Shown: piece by piece, positions 41,010 through 52,933 of the stretch
Layout: the number at the start of each line of letters is the position of its first letter
How positions within the stretch are numbered: position 1 is the first letter of the stretch
Assembly: GCF_963921235.1 (NCBI RefSeq)
Contig: NC_086097.1
Span: forward strand, 166,968,001 to 167,032,000
Direction of reading: 5' to 3'
Source: Mobula hypostoma
Taxonomy: Eukaryota
Length of the DNA stretch: 64,000 bases
Program-made: the position numbers and the translations under genes
Notes under the pieces: generated by a model
What the model was told of the DNA's origin: nothing
Databases searched by the model: none
What the model saw: the letters and a program-made list of their open reading frames with translations, nothing else

Positions 41010-42072
41010 ATTTCTTAACTTCCTCATTGGGAGATCACAGTCAGTGCGGATCAGAAATAGTATCTCCTCTTCCCTGACAGTCACACTAGCAAAACACAAG
41101 GATGTGTGCTTAGCCCACTGCTTTGTTCTCTCTACACCCATTACTGTGTTGCCAGGCACAGATCAAATGCCATCTATGAACTTGCTAATAACATCACTAT
41201 TTTTGGTAGAATTTCAGATGATGATGTGGAAACGTACAGGACATTGATCAATCAGCTGGTTGAGTGGTATTGCAACAACAACCTTGCACTCAATGTCAGT
41301 AAGACCAAGGAATTGATTGTGGACTTCAGGAAGAGGAAGTCAAAGGAACACACAACAATCCTAAGTGAGGGATAGCAATGGAAAGGGTGAGCAGTTTCAA
41401 GTTTCTGGGTGTCAACATCTCTGAAAATCTATCCCGGAGTCAACATATTGATGGAATTATAAAGAAAGAACGACAGTGACTTTATTTCATGAGGAGTTTG
41501 AGGAGATTTAGCACGTCACCAAAGATTTGAGAAAGTTTCTACAAGTGCACCATTCTAACTAGTTGCAACAGTGTCCAATGTGGAGAGGTCACGGCATAGG
41601 ATCGGAAAAAGCTGCATAAAGTTGAAAACTCAGTCAGCTCCATCATGGGTGATAGCTTCCCAAGCATTGAGGACATCTTCAAAACACAATATCTCAAAAT
41701 GGAGCTGTCCGTCATTAAGGACCGCCATCACCCAGGACACACCCTCTTCTCACTGCTCAAGGAGGTGGTACAGGAGCATGAAGACACACACTCAGTGTTT
41801 TACGAGCAGCTTCTTCTCTTCTGCTATCAGATTTCTGAATGGACAATGAACCATATACACTACTTCACTATTTCTTCCCTCCTTTTTTTGCAATACTTAA
41901 TTTCATATATATATTCATTACTGTAATAGCTTATATATATATATATATATAGTATACATACACATACATTACTGTAATTTACAGTCTTTATTATGCATTG
42001 CACTACATGTACTGCTACTGGAAAACAACAAATCTTACAACATATGCCAGTGAAATTAAACCTGATTCTGAT
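41010..42072 (+). mobile_element. Rex1/Babar-type LINE 3' fragment
   Basis: LSPLLCSLYTH..LVEWYCNNNLALNVSKTKELIVDFR. Tail AAACCTGATTCTGATTC. Confidence 0.8.
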
Positions 42073-42109
42073 TCCAACTGTGTGTCATAGGAAGGGATAT
42101 ATAACACTA

Positions 42110-42718
42110 CAAGGGGTGATTGATAAGTTCATGGCCTAAGGTAGAAGGAGTCAATTTTAGAAAACCTAGCACATTTATTTTTCCTACATTTACACACTTA
42201 GTCCACTGGTCGTGGAGCATATAGATCCCTTCTCTGTAGAAGTCAGCGCCTTGAACCTCAAGAAAGTGGTCCACAGCAGGGGTGATTGATAAGTTTGTGG
42301 CCTAATGTGCAAGGAGATGAGTTATTAACTTCAAACTTTCTGCATTATCACTCAAAGGGTTGAACTGCACGTGCATGTGCATGTAACAAGAGCTGTATAA
42401 CTTGTCTCTATCTACCTTAGGCCACAAACTTATCATTCACCCCTGCTGTGGACCACCTGGATGTGTAAGATGCTCTCGTTAAATGCACGTGCAGTTCAGC
42501 TCTTTGAGTGATTATGCAAAGTTTCAAGTTAATAACTCATCTCCTTCTACCTTAGGCCACAAACTTATCAATCTTCTACAAAGAAGGGATCCGTATGCTC
42601 CATGACCACTGGACTAAGGTGTACATGTAGGAGGGGACTATGTTGAAAAATAAATGTGCTAGGTTTTCTAAAATTGACTCCTTCTACCTTAAGCCGCGAA
42701 TTTATCAATCAGCCCTCG
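42110..42718. mobile_element. Fold-back mariner-derived MITE
   Basis: TA flanks at 42108-42109 and 42719-42720. About 130-bp inverted arms starting CAAGGGGTGATTGATAAGTTC. Both arms carry a mariner-like C-terminus (FYKEGI.MLHD.WTK); the right arm ends GDYVEK*. Confidence 0.85.
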
Positions 42719-42869
42719 TAAATACTGGACCTTAGCTGCCGATTCCAAATCTACTATCCAGATCAAGAGCCATAACATGAACTCTAACTCACCTGTAACT
42801 AAAAATAGTTAAGCTAAAGAAGGTGTAGGTTTTCTATATTTCTAAAAGTAACAAAAACTGTATACTTAC

Positions 42870-42995
42870 AATTGAATCCTGGCTTGATTTTCCTATTAAC
42901 CTGTAGGCTATATATGGTAATTTGAAACAAGGCATGAAGCAGCAGAAAGGTGAGGCTTGTGAAACACAGGGTTTTCAGTAAGCGGCCTGTATGTC
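42870..42995 (-). CDS. PIEZO2: Internal coding exon (exon 3 equivalent) of mechanosensitive ion channel PIEZO2
   Basis: Acceptor TTTTTATTCCAG|, donor |GTAAGT, 126 nt, phase 1/1. Translates (G)HTGRLLKTLCFTSLTFLLLHALFQITIYSLQVNRKIKPGFN(C), versus recalled human PIEZO2 GHTGRLLKSLCFISLSFLLLHIIFHITLVSLEAQHRIAPGYNC. Missing from the ORF track. Confidence 0.9.
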
Positions 42996-45900
42996 CTGGA
43001 ATAAAAAAGATCGATAATTAGTTCCTATGCAAGAAATTATAATTAAATTAAATTAAAATAGCCAGACAAGTGTGATATTGACATTGCAGACAGGAACACT
43101 GAATTTTGTACTACTTAGCTTTGCTTTCTTCTAGTAAAGGTAACAGACTTTTACTCGGTCTGTCATTAACATTTTCCTGATTGACATTTTCCCCCATCTC
43201 ATTTTGTATGTACATGATAGAGAATTTTTTTTTTTTTTTTTAGTAAGTATGACATTGGCAAGGCATGTGTTTATTGGGTCTTGCTAGACATTTCAGGCAT
43301 CCTTCATTAAGCAGTGACTTATTTAGTTACAATCGGCTGGGTTTCGTAAGGCTGACACACTTCTATCCTAAAGCATATTAGTGAACCAGATAGTTGACAA
43401 AGTAACCCAAACCTTCCATAGTCTGTGTGGTGTCTGCAAATGGCTGAGGACCCAATGAGGAGACATATTTATTATGTTGGCTCCATTATTCCAATCCTTC
43501 CTCTAACAGTATCTACAATATTTGGCTTCTCCAGCCACAATTCCAATATTGTTTATTTTCTCTCTCCCTTCCAATTTCCTCCATATAAATTATCTGCAAT
43601 TAACAATCCCTCAGCAGCCTCTTTCAGCCAGCACCACCAACACTTGCATCATTCAGATCATAAAGTCTTTCCAAGACTCCCCCTCATTCCCCCAACTGCA
43701 CCTTTCTCGCGTGCCTCAGCTCCTCTGCAATTTTAAACATGTTTGATTTCCAACTTCTCTCAGTTTTAATGAAAGATGCCCTCCAGTCAGTAAGAGGACA
43801 TCTGTGGAGAGAGAAACAAAGTTAACAGAGCTAATGGTTTAGGGTGATGTTTGGATTTTCCAGTTAAGATTAACAAATCGTCATTCACTTGAAATGCTAA
43901 CTTTATTTCTTTCTCTCCAGATGCTGCTTGATCTGCTGAGTGTTTCCAGCACTTACCACTTATATCCCAGACTTTCAACACCCGCCAGTTTTTGAATTGT
44001 CAACATGAAATATTAACTGTTTCTTTATCCACAGAATTTGACTGACCTCTTGAACTCTTCCAACATTTTGTTTTCCTTACCAGAAAGTATGATAAATGTA
44101 GCTCTAATTGTGCCTTTTAAAATAGAATTTGATAAATATTTAAAGGAAAGAGAACTGTATAGGGCTATAAAGAGGTGAAAATGGATCTAACTGGATTGAT
44201 CTAAAATGGCTGTTACGTAACAGTAGAAATTACTTCCTTTCTGTAATAAATCTGCTCCTAAATCAGCAATCCCTGATCTTAAAGAGGTTTATATGGAATA
44301 ATGGGACTATAGAGAAGCAGGACTGTTGTTGGAGCAGAGATCAGAAAGGCATAGCAAGACCCTGAGTGAAGCTAATGAAGAGGAAATCTTCCCATGTCAC
44401 AAGCAACAGGAAGCAAAGGACAGAGATTTTAAAAAATAAAAAAAGAAACAGAGAAATTATTTTTGGTTGCAAGTTTTTATGCCTTCGATCGTAGAGTCTG
44501 CAAAGGCAGCCGAAGCAGATTCAATAGTAACATTGAAAAGGGAATCAGATTAATAATTGAAAAAGAAAATAAATGAGAAAAGGGTAAGGGAGTGATCCCA
44601 TTTGGAAAGCTTTACCAGAGAGCTGGCACAGAATAACAATCTTCGGTGCTATCTGATATTTATTATCTCTATGATTCCAAAACATGGAACATATCATTTG
44701 ATTTTTACACAACTTTAATGAGGTAAATTTTGAATATAAATTCCTAGTCAAAATTAAAAGTTGTTTGTCATGGCAGCTCAAGGTATATCACAGGAAACCA
44801 GAATGACGGAATGTGTATTTTCTTTTCATTTTTTTTCTCTATCAACGTAAGAAACTAAAGAAACAATTTTGTCGGAAGAGAAACACTTGCTAGTTTCTTC
44901 AGAAATTAAAAGATCAGAATTGGTCTTTGTCCCTTGGTATGCATGGATAAGAAGACCTCAAGCTGACTTTTTGAATTATGACCCTATTTGAAAATCAGTC
45001 TGTAAATAAATGAACTCAGGAGAGGAATGGATCTCAGTATGATGACTTCTGTAGTTCAATAGTTGCTTCTCCACTTTCTTGGGCTGACATATCAAGGTTA
45101 TCTAATTGGCTAAATCCCTGGAGCACTGCTCACCTATGTCAGGTCATCAAAGGTGCAAAATAAACATAAATCTTTCTTTCTGAAAATGGCCAATCTTTTG
45201 GCTTGGTATTTAAGAGAGGAATGTTGGCCAGTAAATCAAGCCGAAGTTATTCTTAGAAGACTGCCAACTGAATCAAATATGACATTTATTGCACACTTTC
45301 CTCTTTGATGATACAGTCTTGCACTGAAATGTCAACCTAGCTTTGGCATTCAGTTCCAGGGCTGTGTTTTACCAATGGAGCCAAGAGATGTTTTCACAGC
45401 TGCCTTAAAGTTATCTATATTTTTTTTCTCTAAATAGGAAGGCAAGGTATTCATATTTTTTAATTATTATTTTACATCAACTCAAAAGCATTTAGTAAAT
45501 ACAAATTTGGCAGAAGTATGTCTCACACAGGTACTACTATGAAGGATTAATTGGACCATACAAGTTAACAAAACGAGGTAGGGTTATGTCAACTGGAAAC
45601 TGCTAGATTTCTCAAGCTTGAGATTTCAGATTTTCACCTCTTTAGGGATCATTTCCTTTTATTACTTAATAGGTTTTGTTTGTATGTTTCACATATCTTC
45701 TTAGGACACAAGGCCATTTGGTCCATTCCTGCTATGTTGGCTGTCAGCACAATTCTGTTGGTTCCATTGCCCTACTTATTTTCTTGAAACCTATACCATT
45801 CTCACATGCAGGTCCGCTCCAACTCAATACTTCAGGCACCCACCTACACTAAGGGTAGTTAACATTGGCCTGGTACTCAGTGCACCTGAAGAAAACCAGT

Positions 45901-46750
45901 ACAGACACATGGAAATGAACTACAGTAGCTCTATACAGACAGCATCCAAGGTCAGGTCTCTGGAACTGTGCCATTTTGCTTCCATTGTTTCCATTCTCTG
46001 GTGTTCAACAGAATGAAGGAAGATTTTATAGTGGTATATAAAATTACAAAGGGCATAGATGCACGCAGTCTTTTTCTCCTTGGGTTGGGTGAGACAAGAA
46101 CTAAAGATAATAGATTTGGGGTGAAATGTGAAATATTTAAGGGGAATCTGAGGGGAAATTTCTACACTCAGACATTGGTGTGTGTGTGTGGAATGAGCTG
46201 CTAGTGGAAGTGGTAGTTGTGGGTTCAACTGTAACATTTAAGAGGAGTTTGGAGAGGTAGGTGCATAGATGAGAGGGATATAATCCATGTGCAGATGGAT
46301 GGCACTAGGCAGAAGACCAGGCCAGCATGGGCTAGATGAGTAGAAGGGATTGGTTCTGTGCTCTATGATTCTGAGTACTCTACCATTGGTATCTTTTGGG
46401 CTATCACTGGCCAAAAGCTCAACCGTGGCCACAAGAGCAGGTAAAAGGTCAAGTCAAGTTTATTCTCGTATGCACAGGTATGATTAGTTTCAAGCAAAAC
46501 CAAAGAAATCACTTTCATAGATTCAGACAACACAACAGAACATAAATCATAAAACAAAACATATATTATACAACACAGTGAAGAAAAAGACCATACAAAA
46601 CAATATATTCATGAGAAAAATATAGAAACCAAGCTCACGATAGTGCAAGAGCGGGTCCCTAGTGTTCTGTTGCTGAGGTAGGTAGGATTAGGAATGTGCA
46701 AGTCAGTTCAAGAACCCGATGGCTGGAGGAAAGAAGCTGTCACTGAACAT

Positions 46751-46954
46751 AAACAAGAGAAAACCTGCAGATGCTGGAAATCTGTGCAATATACTCAAAA
46801 TGCTGGAGGAGCACAACAGGCCAGGCAGCATCTAGGAAAAGGGTACAGTCGACGTTTCAGGCCGAGACCCTTCTGACGTTTCGGCCTGAAACACCGACTG
46901 TACTCTTTTCCCAGATGCTGCCTGACCTGCTGAGTTCCTCCAGCATCTTGTGTG
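46751..46954. mobile_element. Inverted pair of Penelope terminal-repeat fragments
   Basis: About 65-bp inverted arms centred near 46870. 13-bp TSD TGTCACTGAACAT at 46738-46750 and 46955-46967. Confidence 0.85.
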
Positions 46955-47589
46955 TGTCACTGAACATGCTGGTGTGGAATTTCCAGCTTCCATACTACTA
47001 CCTTCTGAAGGATAATGAGGTTCAGGGCAAAAAGTGCTGGGCATTCCAGCAATGCAGAGATCTTTTAATAGAAGTTAGAAAGAAACAATATAGTGTGATT
47101 GAATTCCAAGCCAAGAATGGCTTGTGAAATATAAATTGAAATGTTGAAAATTAAATTGTAATTACTTTGAAGATATTAAGAGGAGCTCACAGGGTACATA
47201 AGAACTCGAAGTAGACACTAGAGTAGGCCAATCAGTCCCATGCTCTGCTATTCAATAAGATCAAGGCTGTTTTTCTCTATCTCAGCACCACTTACACGGT
47301 AACTGCTTCACATATGACCACAAGAAACTGCAAAGAGTTGTGACACAGCTCAGCACATCATGGGAACCAGTTCGCCGTTATGGACTCTGCCCATATTTCT
47401 TGCTGCCTCAGTAAATCAAATAGCTTAAAGCTCCTAGCCACCCCAAACATCCACTCTTCTCATCAGGCAGAAGATACAAAAGCACATACCACCAGGCTCA
47501 AGGACAGCTTCTATCCCACTGTTACTGGTATCTTGTACAATAAGATGAACTCTTGACTTCATAAGCTATTTTGTTACGATCTTGCACTG

Positions 47590-48253
47590 AGGAGAGGAGA
47601 AGATGGCGGTGTGATGCAATGTGCAGCAGCCACTCCGGTGGTGATGTCTGTTAACTGTCAAGTAGGGTGCCGTGCACAATCCTGATTTGATGGAGACAGA
47701 CGTGAGAGCACGGAGGAACATCTGGTGAAACTTCTGAAATGCCTGCTTCGCTGCTGCTGCTACTGTGTGATCCAGAATCTCCAGAGGGGAAGGCCCCGAG
47801 TCCTCGGCTTTGCTTGTTGCTCGGCGGCCGGGGCGGGGTCGAAGCGCTCGGCAGAGATGGTGCTCTGTGCTCGGTGTCGGAGACTCTAAGTTTTTGGGCG
47901 GACTCAGAGTCGGCTGTGGTCGGGTGCTTCCAATGCATCGGCAAGTTTGCGGCGCTGGAGGTTCATGGCAGGGAGAGTTTCTCCCTTCTACTGTCTGCAT
48001 GAGATGATGGGGCTATCGGGACTTTGAGACTTTTTTTTTTACCGTGCCCATGGTCTGCTCTTTATCAAATTACGGTATTGCTTTGCACTGTTGTAACTGT
48101 ATGTTATAATTATGCGGTTTTTGTCAGTTTTAGTCTTGGTCTGTCCTGTGTTTCTGTGATATCATACTGGAGGAGCTTTGTATCATTTCTTAATGCATGC
48201 ATTTCTAAATGACAATAAACGAGGACTGAGTGTCCTCATAATCTAATCTAATC
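47590..48253 (+). mobile_element. About 660-bp non-coding retroposon (non-autonomous LINE-like), copy 1
   Basis: GC-rich 5' end AAGATGGCGG; 3' AATAAA then (CTAAT)n tail. An inverted second copy lies at about 50000-50800. Confidence 0.7.
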
Positions 48254-50148
48254 ATCACTTACCTGCACTACTTTTACATTTTATTCTGCAATGCTATTAT
48301 TTAACCTTATTCTACCTCAATGCACTGTGTAATAATTTGTTCTGTATGAACAGTACACAGTACTTTTCTTGATACATGACAATAATAAACCAATACCAAT
48401 ACATACACTAACCTTAATGTCTAAAGATCACTGTCCTTAGCAACAAACTCCCTCCACCTACAAGATGACAAGATTTTGTCTCATCTCTTTGCTGAATGGC
48501 AGTTTCCCCTTATTTTGACCATATAACCTTTACTTTGTACACCCCAGCCATAAGGAACAATGCTAAAGCTAATTGTGCCTGTCAACACTTTAAGATTTTT
48601 GTATATTTCAGTGGATTAATTTTCATTCTTCTGAACTCATGAGCATAACAAGGTTAGAGTTGTACAGCGATAGAAATAGGCCCTTTAGCCCATCACATTT
48701 ATGCTGACCATCATATCTATCTATATTAAACCACTTGCGTGCAATAATTCCATATCCCTCTGTGCCTTGCTCGTCAAGTATCTCTACAGATGCCTCCCAA
48801 TTGTGGTTACTGTTCCTGCCTCCAGCACTTCCTCTGGCAGTTCATTCCTGATACCAGCTACACTTTGCTCGTAATGTTGCAGTTAGCATAACGCTATTAC
48901 AGCACGGGTGACCTGGGTTCAATTCTGCCGCTGTCTGGAAGGAGATTCTATGCCTCTCCATGACTGTGCAAGTTCCCTTCCATTGCTCCAGTTTCCTCCC
49001 ATATTCCAAGATATTTAGGTTAGTAAGTTAATTAGTCACAAGGGTATAATTTGGCAGTAGGGCTAATTAACTGTATTGTAACTCTAAGAAGTAAATAAAT
49101 TTCCTTCCTGTCATATATACCCTCAAGTTTTAGATACCTTTACCATAGGAAATAGACTTTGGCCTCTATCATGTCACCTCTCATCCACCTTTTGCTACCA
49201 ATTCTAACCAACCTCTCCTGATAAGTCAAGCTCTATAGGCCAGGCACCACCTAACTGAAACTTTTCTGTACCTTCTCTAGCTTAATCAAATCTGACCTGA
49301 AGAGTGGCTGATGATGACGAGACAACATACAGAGAGGAGTTGCTTGTAGAATGGTGTGAGCAAAGCAACTTGAGTCTCAGTGTGGACAAGACCAAGGAGA
49401 TGATTGTGAACTTTAGGAAGATGCAGTCTCACTCGACGCAAACGGCTCTTCCATGGATAGTGTTAGGAGCACCAAGTTTCTGGGAGTGTACACAATGTAT
49501 GATCTCACCTGGTCCTTCAACACCACCTCTTTAGTCAAGAAGGCACAGCAGCATCTCCACCTTCTGAGGAGATTGGGGTGAGAAATGCTCCCCATTCCCA
49601 CCACCTTTGCTATCCCAACCAATTTTATTTATTTAACTCAATTTATTTATTTATTTTTACAGGAACCCCGTCAAGAGTGTCCTGACCAGCTGCACCACTG
49701 CCTGGTACAGGAATTGCTAGATATCTGACTGTGAAGGCTGCTGAGAGGATCATCAGGGTCTCTCTTCTACTCATCCAAGATACTTATCAGGAGTGCTGCT
49801 TAGCATTGTCAAGAATCACTCCCATCTGTCCCACAACCTCTTTGATCCCCTACCATCAGGCAGAAGGTATCACAGCACAAGTTCAAGGACTGTTAAGATA
49901 GGAAACGACTTCTTCCCCCAGGCCATGAGACTATTAAACTCCCTGTTATCACCCCACCCAGGTTTCATCATGTATTAAGTTCCAGCAGCATTTTTTTTAA
50001 GATTATGAGAACATGAGAGTCCTCTTATATTGTCATTTAGAAATGCATACATGCATTAAGAAATGATACAATGTTTCTCTGGAGTGATATCACAGAAAAC
50101 AAGACAGACCAAAGACTAACACTGACAAAACCACATAATTATAACATA

Positions 50149-50280
50149 AACAACAGGAATTCTGCAGATGCTGGAAATTCAAGCAACATACATCAAAGTT
50201 GCTGGTGAACGCAGCAGGCCAAGCAGCATCCATAGGAAGAGGCGCAGTCGACGTTTCAGGCCGAGACCCTTCGTCAGGAC
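50149..50280 (-). mobile_element. 132-bp Penelope-derived mini insertion beginning at the hammerhead
   Basis: Perfect 13-bp TSD TAATTATAACATA at 50136-50148 and 50281-50293. Matches the PLE terminus at 11201-11333. Confidence 0.9.
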
Positions 50281-50281
50281 T
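50246..50281 (-). ncRNA. Minimal type I hammerhead ribozyme motif
   Basis: AGUC-CUGACGA-A-GGGU(CUCG)GCCU-GAAAC-GUC/GACU; all core positions intact. Confidence 0.8.
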
Positions 50282-50964
50282 AATTATAACATATAGTTAC
50301 AGCAGTGCAAAGCAATACCCTAATTTGATAAAGAACAGACCATAGGCACAGTAAAAAAAAGTCTCAAAGTCCCGAGTAGATCGACTCCCGAGTCCCCGAT
50401 AGCAGGCAGCAAAAGGGAAAAACTCCCTGCCATAAACCTCCAGGCACCGTCAACTTGCCGATACCTTGGAAGCAGTCGACCCAGAGTCCATCCGTCCGAA
50501 AACTCCGAGCTTCCGACCAGCCTCCCGAGCACCATCTTCTGCTGAGCGCCTTCGACCTCTCCCCGGCCGCTGAAACACACAAAGATGAGGATTTCGGGGC
50601 CTTCAGCTCCGGAGATTCCGGTTATCACACAGTGGCAGCGGCAACAAAGCAGGCATTTCAGAAGTTTTCCAGATGTTCTGCTGTGCTCTCACGTCTGTCT
50701 CCATCAAATCAGGATTGTGCACAGTCCCCTACTTGACAGATAACAGATATTCATCACCCAAGTGGCCGCACACGCTGTTGCCGCGCCACCATCTTCTCCC
50801 CGCTCCTGGGAGGATTTTTTTGTTTACTTTTTAAATGCACCTTATGTTAAAAGTCAAACTTCTGGAATATATTTTACTATTTGTTAATTTATTTGTGATA
50901 GTATTACTTTATTTTGTGAGTGAGTTTGATGAATGTTTTGTGCAGTTCAGTCTGGAGGAACATT

Positions 50965-51535
50965 GTTTCGTTTGGTGAGGCCTAATTTGGATCATCGTGT
51001 GCAGTTTTGGTCATCTACCTACAGGAAAGATGTAACAAGATTGAAAGAGTACAAGAGAAAAATTTACAGCATGTTGCTGGGTCTGGAGGACCTGAGTGAT
51101 AAGGAAAGATTGAATAGGTTGGGACTGTATTCCTTAGAATGTGGAAGATTAAGAGGAGATTGGACATACATATACAAAATTATGATGGGTATAGATAGTG
51201 TAAATGCAAGCAGGCTTTTTTCCCCCACTGAGGTTGGGTGGGACTACAACCAGAGGTTATGAATTAAGGGTGAAAGAAGTTTAAGGGGAACATGAGGGGA
51301 AACTTCTTCACTCAGAGGATCGTGAGAGTGTGGAATGAGCTGCCAGCACTGGTGGTGCATGCAAGCTTGATCTCAAAGTTTAAGAGAAGTTTGAATAGGT
51401 AAATGGATGGTAGAGGGTATGGACAGCAATGGTCCTGATGCAGGTCAATGAGAGTAGGAAGCTTAAATGGTTTTGGCATGGACTAGATGGGCTGAAGAGC
51501 CTGTTTCTGTGTTGTATTTCTCTATGATTCTATGG
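50965..51535 (+). mobile_element. CR1 LINE 3' fragment
   Basis: LVRPNLDHRVQFWS..ERLNRLGLYSLE motifs and a CTATGATTCTATG tail. Confidence 0.8.
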
Positions 51536-52266
51536 TGGTCTTGAACTTATCCCTAATCAGTCCTTGCCTTTCTAAATGTAAATAATTCCTATCACGCAGA
51601 AGCCTTTCCAGTAGCTTTTCCGCTACTGTGGTAAGTGTGTAGTTGCTGGTTTATCCCTGCTGCTCTTCTTAAATCATAGCACAACATTAGTTACTCTCTG
51701 GTCTTCTGATGCCTCCCACAAACAGACATTTCTTTAGCTGCAAACAGCCTCTCTCCACACAGAACAAACCCACCATCTCATGAACGAATGTAGTGAAACT
51801 TTACTGCTTTTGCTCCATTGCAGTTAAGTCCTTTTTGAGCAAGGAAAACTGGACTTGTACACAATAATCTCGATGTCATCTTATCAGGGCCACATACAAT
51901 TGGAACAAGACACCTTTATTCTTCTGTTAATGTTTTTCTGCCATGAAGACCAAAGTGCCATTTGCCATCCTGACTGCTTGCTGAACCTTATTGTTAACTT
52001 TCAGTGATTCATCTACAAGGTCCCTCTGAACATTGAGAAACTGTTCAGAAACTGTTTAATCTTTCAATATTTAGAAATGGTTTGCTTATTTTCCTTCTGT
52101 CAAAATGGATGACTTCACATTTTTACATCTTATATTCCTCATCATTCACTCAGTCTGTTCACATTCCCCTTGGAACTTCTCAGCATCTTCCACATAGCCC
52201 ACACTGTCTCCCAGTTTTGCACCATAAATAAACCTGAATGTGTTACATTTGATGACTTAGATTAAG

Positions 52267-52862
52267 TGTAAGGGGTTTCTTCTTTTATGTTACTGCGTAT
52301 GTTAATCAAAATGGCTTCTTTGTTATGTTAAATGCTGAGAAGGTTCTCTCGCTGCAGCTTGTTTGGGTTATCTTATTGATAAGAGTGTGAATGAACTAAT
52401 GGGTGCCCGTGTTATTCTTTTTTGGGGTGATATTCTGTCTCATATGGCTGGGAAATGACATTTTTGGCGGGCTTTTGGAGGAGAGACCGGGAGTAAGACG
52501 GACGTGCTGGAAGCGCTCTGCTCGATCACTTTGGGTGGTCTGGAGCTGCGAGTCGAGGGGGTCGGCGTGGATCGCAGGGTGAAGAAAGGTGGTCCCGGGT
52601 ATTTGAGCTCCAACTGTGTGCATGATAAGTCTGGCGCCTTTTTCTTTTTCTTTTTCTTTTATATTGTATCTCTATTAATCTCATAGTCGTAGTAAGATTT
52701 ATAAAGTGTAATGTGTAAAATATACATTGTGTGCTGGCTGATGATTGATGTTTGAAGCTGAATCAGGTGGCATTGCAGCAACCGACACAACCGGGAGACA
52801 CAGTTGGGCGGCGGACGGGGTTTCCCCTAGATAAATACGAGCCGATACAGCTGAGCGTTACA
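52267..52862 (+). repeat. 5' LTR
   Basis: Direct repeat of 57353-57947 with scattered substitutions. Confidence 0.95.
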
Positions 52863-52866
52863 TTTG

Positions 52867-52886
52867 TGGGGGCCGACGTCCGGGAT
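52867..52886 (+). promoter_or_regulatory. Primer-binding site, tRNA-Pro type
   Basis: TGGGGGCCGACGTCCGGGAT, 4 nt after the LTR. The canonical tRNA-Pro PBS is TGGGGGCTCGTCCGGGAT; this copy differs by a small indel. Confidence 0.85.
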
Positions 52887-52933
52887 TGAATTTTCGATAA
52901 GCTGTATAAATCACCACATTAAGTAGTGCGGAG

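Larger units (their letters stand above)
50000..50800 (-). mobile_element. Same retroposon family, copy 2, containing a PLE mini insertion
   Basis: The reverse complement aligns along its length with 47590-48253 (for example CAGGCATTTCAGAAGTTT and CTCCATCAAATCAGGATTGTGCAC). Confidence 0.75.
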
